Shown: positions 14,343-25,790 of the stretch, in pieces | How positions within the stretch are numbered: position 1 is the stretch's first letter | How the letters are laid out: every line of letters begins with the position of its first letter | Source: Antedon mediterranea | Lineage: Eukaryota; Animalia; Echinodermata | Assembly: GCF_964355755.1 (NCBI RefSeq) | Contig: NC_092680.1 | Coordinates: 10,850,001 to 10,914,000 of the forward strand | DNA length: 64,000 nt | Direction of reading: 5' to 3' | The notes under the pieces: model-generated | Databases searched by the model: none | What the model saw: only the letters and a program-made list of their open reading frames with translations | Told to the model about the DNA's origin: nothing | Translations under genes and position numbers: made by a program

Positions 14343-15551
14343 AAGCACTTCCACTGATATAGGGCTAGTGTTGCCCATATATTATCCTAATTAAATACGA
14401 TTTAATGTGGCTTTACTTTTATATATTATAATAATATTTTATAATTATTCATTTTAACGGCACTTTGATAAAACAATGTTATATATCATACTATTGCACC
14501 TTTATTCATGGGGTGACCTACTATAACCTTACACTATTATGGAAGAAAAGAAAAAAAAACAAATAAGAATTGTGAAAGTTAACCCAATGTATCACAGGTG
14601 TGACTTGGGTACACAATTGAAAAATTCATTATATAATAATATCATGTGCATGCAAAAACAAAATTGTATTATTAAATGTGCATATCATTTATTTGTCCAA
14701 TATAATTTTATATATTAGTTTAATTTATTTTTCTAACGCCTAGTTTGACAGGCCAACTTTGAAATTGAAATAATCTTTTCGTTCGACACAATATTTCAGA
14801 GATACGTGAACATTTGATGATGGTCTATCCGATATGACTTTGTTTTTTTGTACATAAAAAGTGGACAATTTTGGTTTAGATCAATGAATGCTTAAAATTG
14901 GGTTTTTTTGTGCTATATTTTTCAAGTTGATATCTGGAATACTATCAACGCATTTATTTTATAATTACGCGATATATTCATATTTTTTTACAAGAAAATA
15001 AAGTATTGATCACTAGCTTGTTTTTATGTATTTAATAACTATTCTAAGTTCATTTTAAATAGGCGTATGTTTATATTTTAATGATTCATGGTAAACAATT
15101 ATAAACAGCTTCAATATTACACAGTAGGTTATTCAAAAAAGACGCACAATTTATACGGACGTGTTTTTAACGACAAAATTGACCAATCAAAATGGAAATA
15201 GTCAAAATACAATAATTTTATGTTCATTGGCTACCCCACCAACAACCTAAACTTCAAATAATAAAACATCTCTGTAATACTGTATTTAAAAAAAAAGCAT
15301 ATTTGCAACCGAAATTTCTTATTTTATAAATATAATATAAATTTACAATTATACAAAACAATATACAACTGCTTATAAAAAAGGAATTTAATTAAAGAAT
15401 TTTAATTTAGTTAAAATATCAGGATTTCTTACTTCAATTTGATGTTTCCTTTAGAGGCGCTAAACTTTTGAATATATGATTTATTTATTTTTTGGTCATA
15501 TGTTTTTTATATCATGTTATATGTTATGTGCAAATAAAGTATTTACATAGT

Positions 15552-15586
<35 letters not shown>

Positions 15587-15812
15587 GCAGTGTAGCATAG
15601 GTGAAATTACGGGAGCCCAATATGAATTAGTTTGAAATGGTAAAAATTATTTTACTACAGTATAAGTAGATTAAAATATATAAGTTAATCTATGAAAATG
15701 ATTATATATTACTGGCAGATTTTATCGATCTCTATCGTGCAAATAATACTCTTTATCGATATGAAATACGATTTGCACTTGAGTTTTTCTTCCTGCTGAT
15801 CTGTAGCTTTAG

Positions 15813-18800
15813 TATAAACAATGTGAACAATGCCCAAACAGGGAGTTGACTAATAACTCCCTGGCCCAAATAAAAGATCGTAACAGTGTGAAAGTGCGTC
15901 ACTCGTCGCCCAACATTGTTTGTGATCACTTCGTTATCGCATTTGATAAAAATGGACTGGAGGTTTTGTGTAGAGGAAGACAACATTGCTTATCTAATAA
16001 TTAATAACACTAGGGCAATAAAGCATTCTGATGGTGAACAGTTAGGCAAGGTTATAAAATTTACCAAAACAACTAAAGGCAAAAACTGGCTTAAGGTAAG
16101 ATTGTTGTGTTCTTCTAAATAATATAATTTTCTTTTAATGTTTTTAGGGAACCATTCTTCACCAGTCTTATTACTTTATAAAGATGTTTTATTTTCCATT
16201 TTGCAGTTTTAAAAAGTGTTTCAAGCCACGCAATTATTAGTTTTATTAGTATTTTCCCAGGGGCACAATCTTCAGCTGTTTAATAGGCCTATTATATTTG
16301 GATTTTATAGGCTTTCTGATTATAATATATATTATGATTTATTCGATTATTTATTTCATCTAATTAATTGAAATGTTGTTTCAGGCCTAAAACTAAATTG
16401 TAATATATCTTTACTATAGGACCATTGATACTAATTTTGTTGACCAATTTTTTAACATTAAAGTTTTATATATGATTTAAAAAAATGCATTTTCATCAAG
16501 AGCACCAACACTGAATATTAGGGTGTAGTGTGTACACTTAACAACTATATAAATTTCTATGTTTAGTTATTTATTTAATTAAAAACAAATTTGCAATACT
16601 ATAGATTGTTACAGAAGAAAGCGACTGTAGTAGTACGCTTGCTGCAACCAAAGTATTGTGGAGCAAATTCAAACCGGACGAAAATTGCCCATTTTGCAAA
16701 TGCAAGACAATTGACGACCTTACCAAAACATTGCAAACATTACGAAAGCGAAAAGCTCAAGATGCTGAAAACGTAACTACAAAGAGAACAAGAATTAACA
16801 TAAAGACAATCGACGAAGCAATCAAAGAAAAGATCATTGGTTAGTATATGAAACATTTGTTATTGAAGTTACATACTGTACCATGCCCCATGGACAAGCA
16901 TAATTATTATCTGCTTTTGTTTTACTGTAGTTTACAATTAAACAAACGTTACTGTTTTATATTTTTTCAAATGTTTTGTTGAATATGTAACATAATAGTT
17001 ATTCACTTTGATCTTGGATAACAAAAACTGTAATTTTAAACATAACTCACAATAACTATAGGCCTAACCATGATTAGATTTAATGTATCTACAATTCGTT
17101 ACGTTAAATTAGTATAATCTGGCTAGATAAGTAATTATACGTACTAGGCCTATTAAAATATAAAGCGGATGAACACATTTTTCGAAGATGAACGAACTAA
17201 AGATATTTTGAACACAGGTTTTAACTTCTTATAGTTACTCTATTTTCTATTTGTTTTATTGTTATTTAAGTTTCAAACAGTTATTATAAAACGCATAAAT
17301 AGATTCCGGTCATTCGATTGGACAATTTTCTTTCACATGACTACTACTAGCCTTGCAAACCCAGACCTAGCCCGGATGCTAACATACACTAGGCCTAACC
17401 TTCCTAGATATTGTGCAAAATACCTATATAAATTCAAAATTAACTAAAATATAAAAAATAACATGTGCAGGGTGATCTCCATGCACTCAAGCAGGCAGGG
17501 GGTGATGATGTCCTGACACTACCTAGGCCTAGACTAAACGGCCTATACTGTATGGCAACGTTAAATTTTTAGGATATATATTGTTATTAAAAAAATAAAA
17601 CTAATATTAAAATATAATTTCAATCATTTTTTGTAATTCATATAATTTAATAATGTATCCTTTTTCTGAAAATGTCCAACTTTGTATGTAAAACAATTTT
17701 TAAAAATGTTTTTTACTGATGTCGCAACTTGCAATTACTGTGGAATTCCCCATTTTAGTAAAAAATAAAATTGGTTTATTAAATATGAAAATCCTATCAT
17801 AATAATAATACAATGACATATTTATATTAAGTTGTTTCATTATTCAATAATATTCAAACTGTTTTTAGAGATTATATATATTATTTTATAATTCTACCCA
17901 TTCTAACTGACCCCCCGAAGCCTGACACATGCAATTTTTGCATAACACAGTAACATTGAGACTGCACTGGTTTTGTTACTGGTTTTGTTACTGTTGTTAT
18001 TCTTATTATATTATTTTTTCTATGCTTTTTTTTTGTAGAAATGTGAAAAAGAAATGCTGATTTCTGATGTCATCGTAGTCGTTTGCAATGACGAGGACCT
18101 GCTATACAATATGACTATTTTAAAAGACAACGATAGAGTCATGCAAGTACAGTATTGGTACTGCGAAGAACAAGGTATACCCAGTTTGTTATTGTATTTA
18201 CAAATATAGTTCAGTCATTTTTATTCAATTATAAATATAGGTCAATCATTGATTGGCAGTCTACTAAAAAATTCACCAATTTGCAATACTAACTGCTTTT
18301 TGGTATGAGGTGGGGTAATGGGGTTATTTCTTCTTGTGTCTAATAAAAGGAAAAAAAAATAAATGTACCATTGATATTATTATTATTATATTCAAATATA
18401 CAGGAAAGTTAATGTAAGTATGTAGGCCTACAGTTTAATGATGATTCATATTTTTTTTAGACACCATTCGCACGTTATTAGTAAGCCCTCAACACGAACG
18501 CATGATGAATGGAATTGGTGGCGTCATTAAGGCTAAGTCACTAGAACTGCTAATTAAGCAACTAGTGACAAGGCATAGCAGAGAAGGTCACTTAGTTATA
18601 AATTGCCTAGGATGGAATGGTAAATAATACATTTATACCATAACTCATAATAATCATTCATTGATGTTAACCAAAAACATACCGCGTGACAATTGGGCAT
18701 GTCGCTAAAATCCAATCAAATGGGAAAAATTCTTGTTCTTTGAGTCATTACTATTGTCGTTTGTACAAACGACATTAATGAACTAACAAAATAATTTAAT

Positions 18801-19506
18801 ATTCAATTGAAATCTATTTTATTGTTATTATAATTACAGTGTTCAAGGAAATAATTTTGCAACGGCGCAATTGTATAACCTTGCTCAAGAATGATGGGGA
18901 ATCTGAATTAAGATCCAGATTAGTTCGTTTCAAAGAAGAAATTGAAAACAGCATTCAGCTTGAAAATGGAGCCCAATCGGATGGTAAGTTTAAGTTAAAT
19001 TAACTTTATTGTTTATCTATTGTCATGGATGCTAATACGAAGAACAATATACAAGCGATATTGTATACATTCAAGTCGCAATACAATGCTGATGATTTGA
19101 TGTTTGTAGTGCAATATACTGCTACTTTTTGTTCAGGAATTTTAAAACGGCATATTAAGCTGTATTCTCATAACTTGGACGGCATACTATGCTATCTGTA
19201 TTGTAAACTTGTATAAACACAGCCCATGCATTTAATTTTTAATCAATATTCAAAATACCCATAATCAATTTCTGACCCAATTTGAAACATATAGTAATAC
19301 AAATTTAAAAAAAAACAAGATTCTCTATTTTAAAATTTTGTTTAACACAGAGCTTCTAAAAAAATGATACAACTATTTAGAGGTCTATTAAATAATAGGG
19401 CCTTGGTTTATTCATCATTTCAGATGAGGACGACAGTACAGATGAGGAGGTTGAAGATAATGCGGAGATGGCAAATGAGGAGGACGACTACACATTTCCG
19501 GGGTGA
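15813..19506 (+). pseudogene. Spliced gene or pseudogene encoding a beta-class N4C/N6A methyltransferase-like protein with an acidic tail
   Basis: Candidate exons ~15813-16095, 16605-16839, ~17871-17949, 18039-18174, 18461-18619, 18840-18983, 19424-19506 with GT-AG introns. The last four join in phase with no stops. The first and third exons each need a frameshift. The MTase assignment rests on motif order only. Confidence 0.6.
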
Positions 19507-19654
19507 AAATAGCATTCATGATACTGGACACATGCCTTGCAGTCACATTTTATATAACTTTTCAAATTAATTTATTAAATTTATTCTGTGCCTTGTGATG
19601 TTTATATATATACTGTATATACAATTGAGAGACTAGTACTGTTCCGCCGTACTA

Positions 19655-19810
19655 CGACAGTGGTCTAATGGTCATCTGCATATCAAGCAGAATGTTCCGG
19701 GTTCGGATCTTGGATTGGGCATTCTCACTGATTTCCTCATCTTTATCGTTTAAAATTAAATAATTAAATTTCACTGGGCGGTTTAGAATTATTCTGTGCC
19801 TGTGAAATGT
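19655..19810 (+). mobile_element. Probable tRNA-derived SINE
   Basis: A box TGGTCTAATGG (19661), TCTGC..GCAGA arm, B box GGTTCGGATC (19700), then a non-tRNA body. Confidence 0.45.
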
Positions 19811-20084
19811 ATATATCTTTTAAATATTTTCTACTACAATCACGTATAAATAGTTAGTAATGCATACAATACTTATTTTACTAGAAGCCGAGTTTAATTC
19901 TTTCTAAATTAATAACCAGTGTTAGTGAATAAATAGTTAAAATTTATCAGTTCTTTAATTCTTTGATGTAAGGCTGAGAAAAAACATGAGTGTATTCATG
20001 TTTTGTCATTAATAAAAAGCTTGTATAGCACACTAAAACTTTGTCTACTAATTATTTTTACAGAGAAATTCTTGTATTTCTGAA

Positions 20085-20468
20085 GTCATAAATTTTATGA
20101 CCTAATGGCAGCTTCACAATCATGTCATAAATATTATGACTTATGTGAAAATAGTCAATACCTTGAAGCCCGGAAATCACAGCCTCATGTACTATAACCA
20201 GCGTATTCCGAGACATAACATGTAGTTTTAAATTGTCATAAATTTTATGACCTAATGACTGCTAAATTAATGTCATAAATATTATGACTTATGTGAAAAT
20301 AGTCAATACTGTACCAGGAAGCCCCGAAATTAGTGCTTCCTGTACTATACACTATAACTAGCGTATTCCGAGACTTAACATGTACCTTTAAATTGTCATA
20401 AATGTTATGACCTAATGACTGCTAAATTAATGTCATAAATATTATGACTTATGTGAAAATAGTCAATA
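20085..20468. repeat. ~150-160-bp tandem repeat (about 3 copies) containing six GTCATAA-N3-TTATGAC palindromes
   Basis: Palindromes start at 20085, 20124, 20235, 20272, 20395 and 20432. Confidence 0.9.
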
Positions 20469-21980
20469 GGCAGCTACCATGTCGATCGAATAATACACGC
20501 TGTTATCTGCTGTATATAGCCCATCACTTTATAACTTTTTTGTTGAATCTAATATATTATTACCGAGTATAAGGTGGTTAGGAGCTAATAATACTAAGCT
20601 TCAGAGCTGAGTGGAAATGGGCCGCTACTACTAGTAATTACACCAAAGTGTTTTGTGTATGATAATCGAAGTGCAGCTAGCTCTGCCAACAAATGCATGG
20701 ATTAATACATTCATTTATAAAAATAGTTTTTAACACTCAGCTAGCTTTTATCTCATTATCATAAATGAAAACAAAAAAGAATTGCCTTTTTCAACTAGAA
20801 ATAAAAACATATCATCCAAACTAATAAACAGAAAAAAGAAACAATTATTCAATCAATATTATAGTTTATCGTTAAAGTAAGTTGATATATTTATGTTTCA
20901 TTATACATTGTATTAAACTAGTTAATGTCGATGTATACATTTATATAAAACAAGGTTTTGTTTATTAATTTCTCAGCGTTACTAAAATCAAAATATAAAA
21001 CAAAACAAATTATACGGCAAGTTTATGCAAATAAAAATAATTATAAGAGGAAATGTTTCTTATCGCTAAATTGTAGTATTTTGATAATATTGAAATCGAT
21101 AAAAATCAAAATATGCATATTTTACGATTTTGTATACATTTTAGCTATGAATGGCCAAAATTAAAGTAAAGGTCGATTTTGTTGAATCTACACAGACGTA
21201 TAATGTTTGTACTGAAAATAAAACGTGTTAATACTCAGGTCTGAGTGCTCTCAGTAGTGGGTTCTAACCTCTAGGGATATTTCTTTTTTCTTTTTTTTTT
21301 TTATTGAAAATAAATATTGTTTTTGATAGTGAGATATTTTTATGGTTGTAAATGTCATGCCTAATCAAGTCGACCTTTTTAAAAATCAGAAATAAAGTTG
21401 CATAGCATTATTTTTCATTGATTGATCATCCGTTCATATAAATAGACTATTATCAGCTCTTCAGTCATCTACTGGTTTGTGGCGTAACGGGTAATGCTCA
21501 GGTTTGAGTGCTCTCAATAGTGGTTTCGAACCTCTAGGGATATTTTTTCTCTTTTTTTTTAAATTGAAAATAAATATTTTTTTTGAAAATGAGATATTTT
21601 GAAGGTTGTAAATGTCAGGCCTAAACAAATGGATCTTTTTTAAAATCAGAAACAAAGTTGCATGGCATTATTTTTCATTGATTGATCATTCATTTCATAT
21701 AAATACACTATTATCAGCTCTTCAGTCATCTATTGCTTTGTGGCGTAACGGGTAATGCTCAGGTTTGAGTGCTCTCAGTAGTGCGTCGAACCTCTAGGGA
21801 TATTTTTTTTCTTTTTTTTTAAATTGAAAATAAATATGGTTTTTGAAAGTGAGATATTTTGAGGTTTGTAAATGTCAGGCCTAAACAAGTGGACATTTTT
21901 TTTCAATCAGAAACAAAGTTGCATGGCATTATTTTTCATTGATTGATCATTCATTTCATATAAATAGACTATTATGAGCT

Positions 21981-22893
21981 CGGCCGTTCCAAGGCAAAAC
22001 AACGTAACTACAAAATGTTGCTTTTCAAGAAAAACTGAATTGAAGTTTGAGTGTTTGCATTTCAACAACAAATTATCGTAATGATGTGAAATTTTGCATG
22101 AGTATATATAAATAATAATTATTATTAAATACAAAATGTTAAATAATTTAAACAATTTGATCAAAAGTTATTAGCACTTTTAACAGATACGTTGTTTTGC
22201 CTTAGAAATGACGTGTATAGAATGAAAGTCATTTCTGAGGCAAAACAACGTAACTGCGATATTCTGTGGCAAAACAACGTAACTGTGGTCATTCCATGGC
22301 AAAACAACGTAACTGTGATGATTTTAAAAACAATGGATTGAAACTCTTTTTGAACAAAAGGGAAGGCTGCGATCATCTATGATGGCTAGGAACTAGGTTG
22401 GCTTAACAAAGAGTGCATTTGAAGCTAGGCTTAGCCATTTGCATCTACTATTTATGATATAGACTTATTACATTATTATGTTATAGCCTACCTACTAGCC
22501 TGCTACTACAAGGCCTACGTACAATAATGCAAAGACGGCCGTCCTACTAAGCTAGGCATAGCCTAGTTTCAATGACAATACTGGTGTACTAGGCTATATT
22601 AGGTAGGTCTGTAAAAATAATAGCCTAGCCTAGTTTCAAGCTTGCCTGAACTTTTTCGTAAATATAGTTAATTCTTAGAATAAATTTTAATACATTAAAT
22701 TAGTTGTCTAGCGTAATAAGCCTAATATTGTTTAATATATCTTTTACTTTTAGTTAAGATCGTTGCTATGCCTATCGTCATGCATCAGTGGTTTCTGTCT
22801 CAAAATTACGTAACTTAGCTGATTGTGAGAATTTGAAGCAAAAATCGTAGACATTTCCGTAGCAGATCTGGTAGATACGTTGTTTTTCCTTGC
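21981..22893. mobile_element. MITE-like or DNA-transposon fragment with imperfect inverted ends
   Basis: Left CAAGGCAAAACAACGTAACTAC versus right GTAGATACGTTGTTTTTCCTTG. Three more GGCAAAACAACGTAACT copies at 22238-22315 and an inverted copy at ~22185. Confidence 0.55.
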
Positions 22894-23103
22894 AGTTGCA
22901 TAACATCATTTTACATTGATTGATCATTCATTTCATATAAATAGACTATTATGATCTCTTCAGGCATCTACTGGTTTGTGGCGTAACCGGTAATGCTCAC
23001 GTTTGAGTTCTCTCAGTAGTGGGTTTGAACCTCTTGGGATATTTGTTTTCTTTTTTTTTTTAATTGAAAATAAATATTTAATATAAAAATAACGCTTAAA
23101 AGA

Positions 23104-23144
23104 GAACGACGTTTCGACTCCATCATGGGGTCATTATCAAGTCC
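23104..23144 (-). ncRNA. Variant hammerhead ribozyme at the Penelope 3' end
   Basis: Minus strand GGAC-TTGATAA-T-GACCCC-ATGAT-GGAGTC-GAAA-CG-TC-GTTC: stem I GGAC/GTTC, stem II, palindromic ACGT stem III. Core is UUGAUAA rather than CUGAUGA. Confidence 0.65.
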
Positions 23145-23234
23145 AATGAATAAAATATAAAACAACAACTAATTAAGTAGCACAAGCCAAGGGTCAAAGT
23201 TTAAATAACAAAAGACCTATTGTCTAACATCCTG

Positions 23235-25591
23235 TCAAATTAAAAACTTAGCTTTTACAGAGTCACTTTGTTTATTCAGACTAGGTTTTAATTGTCTGAT
23301 ATACAACATTTCATAGATAAGACAGTCAAATTTGTTTTTGCATTTCCTAAGTATACTAAAACTTGAATTAATTTTACTGGGATTAACAATCACGTTATGA
23401 TCCTTCAAATGCTGTCCTATTAAGCATCTACTATGTTCAACAATGCGTTGGTAGAGGTGTCGGCATGTATATCCAACATAACTTGCATCGCACAAGTCAC
23501 ATTTAAATTTATACACAACACATTGTTGACTTATAATAGTTGGTTTCTTTTCGACTTTCCTAATGTTATCTTTAACTTTTTTACTTATGAATACAGGGAC
23601 AATGTTTTTGTTTATCTTGTGACTTAGTTGGCATAGTTGTCGCTTGACGGAGTTCGCAGATTTCTGGTCTTTGAATGGCAGGATGATTCGCACTGGTATT
23701 TCGGATAAATCTGTTTCATCTTCTGCAGTGTTGTTATTGCTCTCTGCTGGTTTAAAGTTCTGTATGGTTGTTGTTATTAGTTCATCTGGATATTTCAGAC
23801 GCTTAAAAATCTTCCTTAGAATTTCACATTCATCATTAAAAAGCTGGTGGGTCGACGATAGTTTGTAAGCCCGATTTTACATAGTTATAATAAGTGACCT
23901 TTTATACTTGTTGTCAACGTGACTATTGTAGTGTAGCAATAAGCCTGTGTCTGTTGGCTTTCTGTAAACCCGTGTGTGCAATTTTCCCAAATCTTTGGTT
24001 ATGAGCATTCCTAGGAAAGGGATTGAATTGTTCACGGCAGTTTCCATTGTGAACGCTATCGCAGGATGGGTTGTGTTGAGTAAAGCTAAAAATTCATTGA
24101 CTGCTTCTAGATTTGGCATGAATACTAGTGTGTCATCAACATACCGTTTGTAGTATTTGGGCATGTGGTTCGTAGATTCAAGGCGTTCCTCGATGTGGCA
24201 CATAAATACATTTGCCATAAGGGGCCCTAGAAGTGATCCCATTGCAACTCCATCAACCTGTTCATACAAGTTACCATTAAATTGGAATAGCTGATCTTTC
24301 GTTTCTATATTGAGGAGTACAATTAAATCGTCCTTATCTAAGTTTAGTCCATAATTATCATTGAACCAGTTGTTAGTAAATGCTTTATCAGCAATAATTT
24401 GTATTGTCTCGGTTAAAGGAACATTTGTGAATAAGGACGAGACATCATATGATACCAAAATATCACTAGCATTAATAACGGTGGAGCGTATATCAGCTGC
24501 AAAGCTAAATACATCATCTATTGTATATGCGTTCTGGGATAGCGGTTTTAACTTCTCATCCAGCCACTGAGCTAATTTATAATTGTAAGTACCTGTTGCT
24601 GACAAGATTGGTCTCATAGATAACTTTTCTTTGTGTGTTTTAGGCAATCCATACAAATGAGCTAACCTTGATCCGGTTTGACAAATTGATTTAGCAATTT
24701 CTTTTGGAAGAATTTTATGAACCGTTGAAATCATATCTTTCTCCTTTTTTCAGGAGTGGATGGTAATGTGTCATTGGTCTTCCTCTTGTTCTTGGTTGTT
24801 CAGTAGAGATTGGTATAAATTTGGAAACATTGTTGACTGATGCTTCACATAATAAATGTTCATATTCACTTCTATCCATGACTACTACTCCTGATCCTTT
24901 GTCTGGCTTTGTGATGATTATATCATCTCTCTTCTTTAATTGGCCAAGCGCTCTTGTTAAGGCTTTTGGTGGAGATGGTCCTTTCCTTTCTATATAATTA
25001 AGTGCGATAGACTTTAGAGTAGCTGCTGTTAATTCTTTAGTTTCCTCACAAACAATTTTAGGCTCCAGCTTCCAGTACGCTTTCTCAAAATTTGCTTTAA
25101 TTTCCCTGGATGAAACTCGGTGAGGGTAAGCAAATTGTAAGCCACGGCTGAGCGCTAGCTTTTGAAAGAACGATAGTGTATATGATGATATATTAATGAT
25201 GTGTTCATCCACATTCTTACCTCTGTACATTAGGTTTGCGATTTTCTTAGAATGTCCATTCATTTCTGCTCCATACTGATTACAGCGTAGCTTGGTCATA
25301 GTCTGAAGTATAGCGAGATAACGAAATGACGAACATTGACTTCTGATTTCTGTGTAAATAGTATTTATTTCTTTTCTGAGATTACTAAGAAGTTTCAGCT
25401 TCGCTTTCAGCTCTTCCGATATTACATTTTTCTCAAAGAATTTAGCAGAATTGCTTCATCTCTTTGACTTTTCCTGATCCACTTTGGCAAATGTCGGAGT
25501 GAGTCCAAGGTTTTGACATAATTGAAGAAATTCAATTGACGTTTCACAGCTTACTAATTTCTTGCTACACTGTTCAAGTGAAGCTGGTCAT
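23235..25591 (-). pseudogene. Penelope RT-GIY-YIG ORF, copy 1 (frameshifted)
   Basis: Split into ORFs 24715-25299, 23877-24734 and 23235-23693 by frameshifts near 24735 and 23877. Confidence 0.9.
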
Positions 25592-25659
25592 CGCGTTTCA
25601 AATTGCGAATGAGAGTACGTTTATTGTAAATACATAATATAACAATAACGCTTAAAAGA

Positions 25660-25700
25660 GAACGACGTTTCGACTCCATCATGGGGTCATTATCAAGTCC
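25660..25700 (-). ncRNA. Variant hammerhead ribozyme in the upstream pseudo-LTR
   Basis: Identical to 23104-23144. Confidence 0.65.
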
Positions 25701-25790
25701 AATGAATAAAATATAAAACAACAACTAATTAAGTAGCACAAGCCAAGGGTCAAAGTTTAAATAACAAGAGACCTATTGTCTGACATCCTG

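Noticed and set aside
19364-19570. 68-aa Arg/Met-rich ORF
   Set aside because: Wrong frame; the acidic frame is the one that matches the splice phase of the upstream exons.
21470-21545. Satellite monomer as a functional tRNA gene
   Set aside because: Acceptor and anticodon stems do not pair; only the D-arm and the A/B boxes are tRNA-like.
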